Position numbers and translations under genes: made by a program
In this document: one piece after another, positions 10,779 to 21,300 of the stretch
Layout of the letters: every line of letters starts with the position of its first letter
Numbering within the stretch: the stretch's first letter is position 1
The notes under the pieces: model-generated
Database searches by the model: none
The model's input: the letters and a program-made list of their open reading frames with translations, nothing else
Told to the model about the DNA's origin: nothing
Assembly: GCA_965285935.1 (NCBI GenBank)
Contig: OZ260666.1
Span: 34,968,001 to 35,032,000, forward strand
DNA length: 64,000 nt
Source: Ophelia neglecta
Taxonomy: Eukaryota
Direction: 5' to 3'

Positions 10779-12062
10779 TTAAAAGGCTGGCATTGGATGC
10801 TGTTTTGCATCATATGTATGATCATCAAAGAAGGCATCTCTTGCCATAACGCTCCTGGCTACGTAAGGTTGCAGATTTCTTAAAGTAGCAGTGCTGTTGG
10901 TATCCGGGCCTAGGCTGTGAAGGTTAGTGCTCTTGGTGAAGCCGTCTGGTTTATGTGGCTGCACCCCTCCCCATGTGTGTCCCTCACGGTCTAGCCCGCA
11001 GGCAGTTCTGTCCAGGAATCGGGTTTGGTAGTGAGTGATGAACCGAGCTGGGTTGTCTGCTGTCTGCACAAAGCGATCGTTGTTCTCACTGTAGCCGCTG
11101 AGCTCCTTGTTGCCGACACCTGAGCGCCCAAGCCTGCCAGCCTCGGAGAGATCAGGCCTTTGCTTACCCATGAAGGTGTCCTTGGCTATGCTACTGTGGT
11201 TGTTAGGGTGGGTCATGTTGAGGTACTCGGTGGGGTCTGCTTTGCGTGTGTGATCTAGCCGGGCAGCGGGTATATCTCCTGCTTTGTCATAGGCATTTTC
11301 CATCACTCTGTTAACAAAAACCGGCCGCGCTTTGGTTCCTGAGGTGAAACCAGTGTCGCGATCGCTAGGGTTAGCAATCCTTGGAAGGGGCTCATCTCCC
11401 TTGGAAAAGGCACATGGCCGATAATGGGTCTCCATGATACTGACACCTGTTGGGCGATCCGTGTACCAGCCTGGAACATCACCAGTGTGAGCATGGTCAG
11501 AGTGGAAAGTGACAGGCTCCACATTGTGTGCGTGAGTGAATCCAGAACCCTCGAGGCCGCCGACAGACTTCCTGCTTACATCCCGTCTATCAGGCTGCAT
11601 ACCCTGATACTTCTGCTTGCTCTCGGTGGTCATGTAGGCAGGCCCATACCCCCCATTCTCCAGCTCCACAGGGTCCTTGGACTGGATCTTGTGCAGGTGG
11701 GGCTTAGCCCTGGGCATGATATCCAGAGGAGCGCTGGCCACCCGAGTGTCTATCGCCACCATACGCACCTCCCTCTGGGTGGGCACAGTCAGAGGTTTCT
11801 GTCTGACAAAGCCGCTGCCTACCTGGGTGGTTTGGTTTGGCAGTGGTTCAGTACCTGTTGGGCCGGTGTAGGGCTGGAAGCCCTTCTCCGTCACAGAATG
11901 GTAGTTGTCTGCCACTATTCTACCCATGACCGGGTTGTCCAGCTGGTCAAGCCTCTCTGTGTAATATACACCTGGGCGGAAATTTGACAGATAACCAGTT
12001 CCTGTGTGCTTGCCTGGTCTGGGCTGGAACTTTGAAAACTTCTTTCCATAGGTTGTGCCATT
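10779..12062 (-). CDS. PPP1R32: PPP1R32/SAXO4-like ciliary microtubule-associated protein, coding exon 2 (427 aa + stop)
   Basis: Long ORF with F.PR.G.H.GTGY.SNF.P.V...L..LDNP and repeated xSGF/TGF motifs recalled from PPP1R32/C11orf66. Acceptor ttttattttcag ends at 12063 (phase 0), so the ORF-track N-terminus (MVKKLIIYNISFYFQ) is intronic. Confidence 0.85.
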   Translation of the reverse strand, partial: NGTTYGKKFSKFQPRPGKHTGTGYLSNFRPGVYYTERLDQLDNPVMGRIVADNYHSVTEKGFQPYTGPTGTEPLPNQTTQVGSGFVRQKPLTVPTQREVRMVAIDTRVASAPLDIMPRAKPHLHKIQSKDPVELENGGYGPAYMTTESKQKYQGMQPDRRDVSRKSVGGLEGSGFTHAHNVEPVTFHSDHAHTGDVPGWYTDRPTGVSIMETHYRPCAFSKGDEPLPRIANPSDRDTGFTSGTKARPVFVNRVMENAYDKAGDIPAARLDHTRKADPTEYLNMTHPNNHSSIAKDTFMGKQRPDLSEAGRLGRSGVGNKELSGYSENNDRFVQTADNPARFITHYQTRFLDRTACGLDREGHTWGGVQPHKPDGFTKSTNLHSLGPDTNSTATLRNLQPYVARSVMARDAFFDDHTYDAKQHPMPAF

Positions 12063-13211
12063 CTGAAAATAAAAAGAAATATTATATATGATAAGTTTTT
12101 TCACCAAAACTTAGTGGTAGGCTTATATCAAGAATTTTATTTAAAAAAAATTTCCCTTTTTGAAAGAGCCAGTTTCAACCATATAGTAAGTTGAATAAAT
12201 ATCTCTATTGCCCAGATCCACTGTTTAAGTAATTTTCTCATGATTGTTCGAACAAATAGCATGGATTAAAAATACATGACATTTGCTTAAGGAGAAGCGC
12301 CCTATATATATATATATAGAAACTCGAAAAAAATTGCAGCAAACATTATATTAAATTTACAAAATCTATGCCAAGAAAAATGATCTCCAAATGATCCTAA
12401 ATAAGCCAATCAGTGTTTAGACTACTCCTACTTTTAGAAGTAGAAACTAAACAAAATTTAAATGACAATTTATACTATATTTATAACCTGTGCAAGATAA
12501 CAAATCTCTCCCAATGTACTCGCTGTCAAATGGTCTTAGGGTTACAGTATTTAAAGCATCCAGGCACATAGAAAAGTGCTGGTTCCTCGATTAACCGGAA
12601 GCCTCATTATAAGTCAATGGGACCTCTAGTAGTAGTAGTAAAACTTGCTTTAAAATCATGTATTTTCTCTCAAATATTTGTTTTCTGGATATTGATTGTT
12701 GATTTTTCGGGCAGTTTATTCATCTGGCTATCGAATGATGCCCTTCATTACCCCAGCAAAATAGTAAGCTTGTCAGCCATTTAGTTTGTGACTTTGGACC
12801 TAGGGGTATATGGCAGAGTTTTCAATGTGCCAGACTTTGAAGCTGACTTTTTTTTCTTTATTAGACTGTGACGTCTTTCATTGAGATTTGGCCCAGGACT
12901 CCCATCTGTTCTCAGTCTATAGCCTATGTCTGACAAAAACTTCTAAGCCTGTACATATTGATTGCAGCAATGGCACTTAATGAATGCCTGATATTTTGGC
13001 ATGGAATATATTTTGTATATTTCTGGTGATAAAATAACTGCATATTGAACATATTGTGGATAGGGACTGCCAATTTGCTCCATATTTATTTACCTTTAGT
13101 GAAAACCTCATGCACAAATTTCTCTTTATGTAAAGTTGATATTTCAGCAAATTAAATATATTCTTTTAAATGAGCATTAGCTATAGTCTATTCTAAACCT
13201 TTTAAAACTAC

Positions 13212-13301
13212 CTGGGTGCAATAGAACTTCATGACATCTGTATCTCCACCCTTGCTAGCTTGCACGTGCTTGTTTGGCACTCCATACGGGAGCTTGCCCA
13301 T
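13212..13301 (-). CDS. PPP1R32: PPP1R32/SAXO4-like coding exon 1 (MGKLPYGVPNKHVQASKGGDTDVMKFYCTQ)
   Basis: 30 codons from ATG at 13301 to donor cag|gtagtt at 13211, in phase with exon 2. Resembles the recalled vertebrate N-terminus MGKLP.G....V..S.GG..D..KFY.T. Not in the ORF track. Confidence 0.85.
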
Positions 13302-13678
13302 GATGAAATTGTATGATGTTTTTTCTGAAACCATAATGAATTGAGATAATAAAATAATTGGAATATAATTATCTGTTGCATTAGATCATTATCCGTTAGA
13401 TCCTTTATTTTATAAATGAAGAAATCTTTTCAATATACATATAACTCTGTTTTCCATCAGATTAATACCATAACGAAAATACAGAAAGAAAAATATTGTG
13501 ATAGATTGTACAATAAAGCTACAAAAACTTACTGTCACAACATTGGTGAGAATATTCAGACACTATGACAGCAAAGCTGAGGGAGTGGAATACAGGCAAA
13601 CGTTTAATGCTTAATACTTACAAATAATGGAGAAAACTTACCGTTTAAATGAACGCAAATAACCTACTGTATCTGAAG

Positions 13679-13845
13679 TGTTTACTCGGCGGGCGCCGGG
13701 TATTGTCACAGTAAATTAACAATCACTATTGGACTTCTGATTAAACAGGAGTGTATCAACACGTCTATCAACACTCTCCGATCACAGTGGTCCTTAGCAA
13801 CCGTTATACAATGTGTAGCGATGTGCTCATAAACGCGTGACGTCA
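13679..13845 (-). promoter_or_regulatory. Putative ciliary-gene promoter: forkhead core, RFX/X-box-like half site, palindromic CRE
   Basis: TGTTTAC 13679-13685; (gt)ccttagcaac 13790-13801; TGACGTCA 13838-13845; local CpG enrichment. Candidate 5'UTR donors (gtaagt) at 13641 and 13532 with an acceptor at 13325-13327. Confidence 0.5.
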
Positions 13846-14175
13846 ACGGCGCATAAAACTTAGTAGTTTAAGTAGTTTCAATTTGTTGTGTATAGTAGTA
13901 TGCAGCATTTACGTACTACTTTTGCAAAGAAGCCATTGCGTCAATGATCCACAGGTTCTTGAAATATTGGCTATTTTTCTGATAGCTAGAACTAACAGGA
14001 AGACATCTAAAATAGTCTTCGGATATGCTGATCATTTTCTATGAACAGAGAATAAACTGAGGTGAACCTGTGAATAAAGACCAGCCAAGTGACTGGCAAA
14101 TACTGGTCTGATTAAAGAGTTGGTTAACACAACGGGAATTTACATTGAAAGTGCATATTATTCATATTAGTGGTC

Positions 14176-14324
14176 TGGTTATGCCCTCTGATGGTGTCTG
14201 AGATTGTCCATGGTGTCTGTGTACTACTGTACCCTATGATACTCTCCCCTGATCGGTGTTTGCTATAGTTATCATCATTTGTTAACATGGCAGGATATTA
14301 ACACACTGTTGATGTTGATGTAAT
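14176..14324 (+). repeat. ~150-bp dispersed repeat, copy 1
   Basis: Near-identical reverse-complement copy at 29534-29682. Confidence 0.85.
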
Positions 14325-15196
14325 AGGGCCAGTCGGATATGTTTCATACTGCTGACCAACAACCACTTTTCTTACCTCCAAAGCTGTTTGCAATTAAAAG
14401 GCAGTGGAAAGGCTGGGATAAGTGGGGCTACTTTCAGCTGTTCATATGGGAATTTAACATGGGAATGATGTTTTAAAAGCCCGTACTTAGTGCTTGTTGA
14501 GGTAATCAAAACAAAACTTTCAGGGACGATTGGCATTTTAGAGGGCTTTCCATTCAGGTAAATTTCACATTTGTGTGATAGCTACAGGTTTCGCAATGAA
14601 CATAGAACTGCTGCAAATCTGTAGTCTAGCCCCACATTCAAGTGCAGACTATTGGTATTCAGTGCTGTCACCTCCTTGCTAGCAGGCTGAACTAGAATTA
14701 TTACACCATCCCTGACTGACCCTATTGGTAGTTGATCTGAATGTAGAGTTGGTCGGTAAGGCAGGTTTTACTACTTTCACATAATGTGGTGGACACTGAT
14801 TTTGGTCAATACTTTGGCAGATTTTTGGCATATTTGATCTGTATTCCCAAGGAAAAAAAATCCTCAGTAGGCCTTAGAGTTAATTATACAGCTCAAGACA
14901 TGGAAAATTGAATTCAGGGAGCATAGGGAGACTGTGCTAAATATGGGTGACATTCATCACATTTTATATATACCGTATATGTGATGGGTTGTGTTTTACA
15001 TTTCTAATAGACCGTAACGGTGAAAATATTCGCACCGGCTTAAATTTCGTTTATCTATGTATGCAAATATCATATATACAAAGTGAAGTTAAAAGAAGAA
15101 AAATATAAACTACTTAATTGCCTAGCTGTGCCCATTCTATTGATGTTTGCACAGAAACATCTTTTGTTTTCAATTTTCATAGTTTTTTTTTTCTTT

Positions 15197-15748
15197 TCAA
15201 CTTTTATTGAACATATTGAACATTATTGAACTAGTGTCTCCTGATAACTTAACAGTTGTGTCAGTATCAGCCTGATTTTTCATGGTATCAGTTTGGGAGT
15301 TGTCACCAACAGACGAGGTCTCAGATTCACTGGCAACATCTGGTTCTTCATCTTTCTGTGGACAGTCAGATTTCATATGTCCAAAGAGACCACACCGGAA
15401 GGAGGTGACTTTACTCAAAAGGGCAGGGCAGTCTTTAACTATGTGAGTTAAGTCCCGACAAAATTTGCAATTGATAGGTTGTTCGTTGTGGTACACGACT
15501 ATGGGGAGATCTATCAGAGTAGAGCTGTCACATGGGTCTGGTATGTCATAGGATGTATACCTTGGTATAGGCTCTTTTATTTCTGAAGCATAGCAGAACC
15601 TATGGCCAGAATAAAGTGTACTGAATACCGACCGTTCAGTTCTTGCTTTGTGTTTTTTCACAGGTGGGGCCAGTGTCAAGTACATTTTCAGCCACTCCTC
15701 TACCTCACTATCTGGCACAAGACATGGCAAGCCATGTATAGCTAACAC
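15197..15748 (-). pseudogene. Decayed gag-like/ORF1 zinc-knuckle fragment, probably from a non-LTR retrotransposon (L1/Tx1-like)
   Basis: CKFCRDLTHIVKDC is an intact CX2CX4HX4C; the second knuckle SFRCGLFGHMKSDC has lost its first Cys. Preceded by VYH.EQP..C, typical of such ORF1s. ORF-track start is GTG rather than ATG, there is no downstream RT ORF, and an A-run follows the stop. Confidence 0.65.
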
Positions 15749-18108
15749 ACTCTCAGACCTTAAATTTCAATTTTCCACTTTATGATTCTAGTTAAGTGTT
15801 AAATACGCTCACTACTAGATTCTCTGTGTCTTGAAATATTATACTGTGTATCAAATTGAAGAAGGTTGATCCAGAGACAGTGAAAATACTCCAATAAATT
15901 GCAGGCATATATCACTGACCTGTTCACTTAGGCGGGCCAACCTTGACCTGGATTTTCATTGTTACAAAATCCACAACTTATGCTTTAATTTCACTTGACC
16001 ACGGAACTTCAGAAAATGTAAACAGTACCAAAAGGGTTATGGGGGCAAACTTAGACACTCTTTGAGAGGACAGATTGGGGGTGACTTGGCAGGCTGGGAC
16101 AGTTTTTTCCAAATGTATTTATTATCATAAATAGTTTTTAACTGTCCTACCATTCTGATCTCGTTTCATGCAGCAGAATCAAGGAGGCTGGCATTTAAAA
16201 ATTCCAAGATACATGTAGTGAACTCCAAATATTCAAATATTTAAACTGAGAGTAAAAAATGTGAAAAATATCCCATTCTCGTGAAAGATAAGATGCCACA
16301 TAGGCCTAAAGGGGAACTTCAATTTGGGCTTTTCATTTTTCCCAAAAGTATGGAATCCAACAATCCAAACAGTAGGTTAATAAAGGACGTACATAAGACA
16401 GAAAAAAAAACTTTCATAATGTAGTGTAGAAGTGGGTTTTACTTTAAGGCATCCACCTGAATGTTTGGCTAAATCAGGTTTCTATTGTGCAAATAATTAA
16501 ATAATAATTATAATCTAATACTGAGAAGGATTGCAAAACATGCTTTCCACTTTTCCACTTACATATTGTAGAGTTTAGCTAGACAGTAAGTTTTAATATC
16601 AAAAAAAGAAAAAGACTTCGTAAGTTAAATGCATTAATTTTTTATTTTTAATAACACTTTTTGGCATCCATGGTTGGAATACAATGGTGTGGGGTTTACT
16701 GCCAACCTTGTTTGGATCAACAAAGATAAATACGAGCTGCTACCTCGGGAGAACGGCAGTCCCTCGGCAACGCCGGCAAATAGGCCAGACACCAGTAGTG
16801 GTAGTGGTAGTAATAGTAATGTAATTGTAATGTAAAATCTGCCTGGAGATTCATGGCACAGCACAAGGCCCCTGCTAAGTCTGTGTGATACATACTACAC
16901 GCTCCAATTCATCACCACATTCTGAATTTATAAAACCTCCCTAAGTCCTTTAGGGTAAAATATCAGGTGCACGCCTCTACAACATCCGCCCCCATACGTG
17001 ATTAATTCAGAAATATAATCCTGCTCAAATAACTTGAGGTTTTACCTTTAGAATAGCCCTCTGGTGTTTTCTAATGGGATTAGTTTGTAAAAGGTACCTT
17101 GCTTCAGAGGCTATATCAACAGCTACACAACTAACATGGGTACACTATATCATATTAGTTTTCAAGTTTAAATAAATAACAATTTGTGGTCACCCTTCCT
17201 CTCTAATAAACACATTAGCTTATTGAGTCTTCACAACACTTATTTGGAAATTCCAAGATTATATTTCATGTCCATATTCATATTTTCATCCTGTCCACTT
17301 GTCCCAAAACTTCCCAAAAGTAGCACAATATAGATGAGCATACCTTAGTTGTAAATAATCATTATACAGCATCACAGTGATCAGAATACAGGTAGGTAAA
17401 TTGGTTCTCGGCTCTGAGTATCATACTAAAGACAGGCAAAATAGCTTTAACTATCCATTAGATGCTAAAAGATAGGCATGCAATTTAAACATTCTGACAT
17501 TATTCACTGCACAATAAGTGAATGAAAAGAAATTCACAAATTGTAAAAAACTTGGCTATCCTGAGTTATACTATAGTGTATATGCTCTAGGAATATTCTA
17601 TCCTTGGAAGTTCCTAGCCAAAGCATCCTTAATGTTATCATCCTGCATGCATACAAATACGCAAATATGAAAATTTATGCCTGAACCTACTAATTAAAAG
17701 CTAGGGGAATGAAATTTTCAAAGAAATTGAAGCTAGCAGAGTGAAGTTACTGTATATTTAGAAGGCTTCTTGACATGCAGGCATTAATCTTTTAGTAGTC
17801 ACAATATTCATCTAACAGAACGTTACAATCACTGAACATGCACCAAAGAAAGGCTTCAATTATAATAAAGCACCACCTATACATTTTTTATTTTTTAAAG
17901 TAGCAAATGACACCCAGAGCCGAGACCAACTTATTTAATATTATAATTATTAGAACAATAATAGCCAAAACCTGGATCAAAAAAACTCCATACAACAACC
18001 AGTGGCTAATTTCATTAACATTTTGCCCAATGTTAACATGCAAAAGGAGAAAGAGAATCGCTCATAAGCTTGTTCTTAATAAAATGCGGGTGTATACAGT
18101 TTGTACTA

Positions 18109-18350
18109 CTACTGCAGGCCTTCGGCAAGTTTCTGTGCTTCTGGCGCCATCTGGTGTGGGTGATGTCTGAGCTGTGATTGGTGGAAGCCGGGAGGGGGTG
18201 GCTGTGTGGGGGAGGTGGCTGCCTGTCCCCAGCCGGCCGACCCCCCGCGTAGCTGGAACTGGTGTACGAAGGGCATTCTGTGGATGTGGTTCTCCTCTGT
18301 CAGGTGCTGGAGAGAGGCCATCCAGTGAGGAGGCTCCTCTACACAACTGT
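18109..18350 (-). CDS. CNOT4: CNOT4 terminal coding exon (EEPPHWMASLQHLTE...PPPPGF...EGLQ*)
   Basis: Conserved PPHW..SLQ.LTE; tgtttccag acceptor; ends TAG TAG. Confidence 0.88.
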
Positions 18351-21300
18351 CTGGAAACACAAGACACACCATCAGTTAAACAGCCTCTCTCTACACACAC
18401 TGCAGCAACAAAAAAGGTATCTAGCAAATGTCTAACTTGATTAGGAGATTAGGTTAAAAGCCTCGGATGGCCAAAATACACAACACACTATGAATGCGAG
18501 AGATACCGGGTAAGTAGTTTACTCAGCATTCGTTTCAATAAGTTTTTTCTACTTTTAAAAGTTTGATAAAATTTCAACTATTTCATTTTAACACATTGTG
18601 GTGTGAAATTATGAAATTATTCTTTTACTCACAGAGGAATCGACTTAAAATCTGGTGTTAAGAAACTCAAGTCCCCCACCCATGGAATGAAATAGTAAAA
18701 TGGTCTGTCGGGGGGGGGGGGGGGGGGGGGACAAGTTTTTCCCTAAAACTACTGTTCATGTCCAGAAATGCAAAGAAACAAATCAAATATTGTACAAAAA
18801 AGGAGTGGGTTAAAAACATATTGGTCAAGTTAAATTAATATTGATGAATATGAAAACCATAACAAAATCAAACCACACAAACACATTAAGAAACATGAAA
18901 TTAGTGTACATTAGTCCTCGGACATGAGACATGTTCATGACTATATAACCATCTACACAGGGTTCTCAGTTGATATGAAAATAAGGAACATAGAAAAGCA
19001 GACATGCTTCCCTGGTCCCAAGGTAACAGGAATCTGTTACCAAGCTATACATGTGTTGTTAGTGAGCACACATTAATAACTGCCACCAGTTTAACAAAGT
19101 ACATAGGTTAAAAGAGGCATTAAAAAATTGTATGGTGACTTAATGGTCTATGTACTTTGAAAAAACATTTGTTAAACTTTGTTAAAACTTAAAAATTTCA
19201 TAATTTATCACACATGGATGTGATAAGAATTGAGAACCTTTAAACTATTTATATCCTCAAATGAAGCATAATAAATGGAATAAATGGGGAATAAATGGGG
19301 AATAAATGGGGGAATAAATNNNNNNNNNNNNNNNNNNNNNNNNNNNNNNNNNNNNNNNNNNNNNNNNNNNNNNNNNNNNNNNNNNNNNNNNNNNNNNNNN
19401 NNNNNNNNNNNNNNNNNNNNNNNNNNNNNNNNNNNNNNNNNNNNNNNNNNNNNNNNNAATGTCAAGTAGTTTCTTCAATAACAGTCTCTATTTATTTTAT
19501 GAATTATTTTAAAACCCGGACAGTACAGCTTTAAAGAATGGCTTTTCTCAGAACTCAATTCACTTCCAAGTAGTATTTATTTGTATTACTACTATGAGGC
19601 AGTTTCTGCAGTCTGCTATAAAAACTATAACCTTTGACGGCACTGTTTTCTATTTACAGTACTTACATTATTTTATTCCTGACTAACATATGATTAAGAG
19701 TTTACTTTTGCTAATGACTAAGAAGTATGCACTCCAAGGCAGTCTGTTCTACTCCAATCTCCAGTCTGTTAACTCCTCATCTCCTCTGGGCTGGTAAGTG
19801 GGTTACTTTATGTACAGGTTTCTTGTATACTATGCTAGAATATGCATCCGTCTATATAAGTTTGGGACAAGAACTGCCAGACTTACTGTCAGCGAGGTTC
19901 CCCGATGATACTATGGCAGGATCTTGAGCATTGTTGCTTTCCGACCAACAATCTACATGAAACAAAACCACACTGATGGTGAACAAACTACAGACATACA
20001 GACACTTGGCTACAAGCATACAGATGACACCTGGTTCTCTAGGACCCCCTCATAGCACCCCTCGGTGAGTGAAAGCTCTATTCAACTCAAGCTTTCAAAT
20101 CCCTCCAGAGTGTGGTAACATACGCTAAGGTCAGCCTACGATACCAGTGGTGCTTACGGGAGGTTACCAAAACAATCTAGCTATTAATGGATGGATATTA
20201 AAAAGGATTATTAAACAATAATTAATGGATCTAAAATCGTACAAAATAACTGTTGACTAGTAATTATAAAAAAAAAACAATCTAGAAGCAAAGCTAGACA
20301 ATTGTAGGGTTGCTGAGAAATTGCCAAGTCATGCATGGGTGGCTGCATTCATCAACGTGAGGAAACTGGAAGGTCACTGGGACATATCTGTTACAAATAT
20401 TTGTAACTGAGAGTTCGAAGTTTAGACACTTGCATGCCCTAAGTCTTGGTCACTGCTCATTAGGGTGCTCAACAGGGTTGTTGGGGGCCCACCATTTGCA
20501 AAATGGAGGGGGAGGGGGTAGAAGATTTTAGAAGAGAAAGCTTTAGTCTTCACCCATTGGAAAACAAAGGTTAGCCTCTCAGTTAAAGGCATACTCTCCA
20601 ATATATTTTTGCCCAATAAAGGCAGATCAGAGGCTGAGCGAGAAAAGAAAAATTGGTCGTCAATATTTCTTTCACTGCCTCCCCCTCCTCCTCCCCCTCC
20701 CGCCCCAAATACTTCATGGAGTGCCTTAGTAATAAGCTAGCCTAGGAGGGTTTGGACCTTCCAGTTTCCATGTAACATGCCACACAGGTACAACATTAGA
20801 TAGAGAACGGAGCCTGGGGATTTCTTACTTTTCTGTAGATGAGAGTTATGTGGATGCTGTGGTGGCGCCCTCGTGTGAGAGATGGGAGGCCCCATTTGGC
20901 TGGCTTGGTGGTTAGGAGTACCAAAACTAATATTAATATTTGGTAATAGTGCTCGCAACCCGTCCTGCCAGTCTTTTGTATTAAAAACATCATGGTTCTG
21001 AAGAAGAAAAATTACACACATTTGCAAAGGAACAATGTAATTCAGGGATCAGCCCACTACATGGACATGTCCATTACCAGGCAATCAGTTGGTATCATTA
21101 TTTTATTGTTAATATTTGTTTTTATTAATGTCACTGGGCATAAACTTCAGCCTTGCTTTGATAATGCTTATTTTAATCACTAATAATTTGCCCAGCTCAT
21201 GTATTGATTATAAAATTGATTAAATCATTGTGGCTAACCCTGCCGCCTGTAAGACAGTACCTGTGATGCTTGGAGCGTGTCTGCTTTCCCGGTCAGGCTG

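Noticed and set aside
11303-11987. Overlapping/antisense ORFs (187 aa plus strand and others) within PPP1R32
   Set aside because: Shadow ORFs of a GC-richer coding exon with no recognisable motifs. The same applies to shadow ORFs in the innexins.
18062-18427. 121-aa alternative-frame ORF over the last CNOT4 exon
   Set aside because: The conserved PPHW motif is in the other frame; no support for this one.
19208-19534. ORFs spanning the N run
   Set aside because: Artefacts of the assembly gap.
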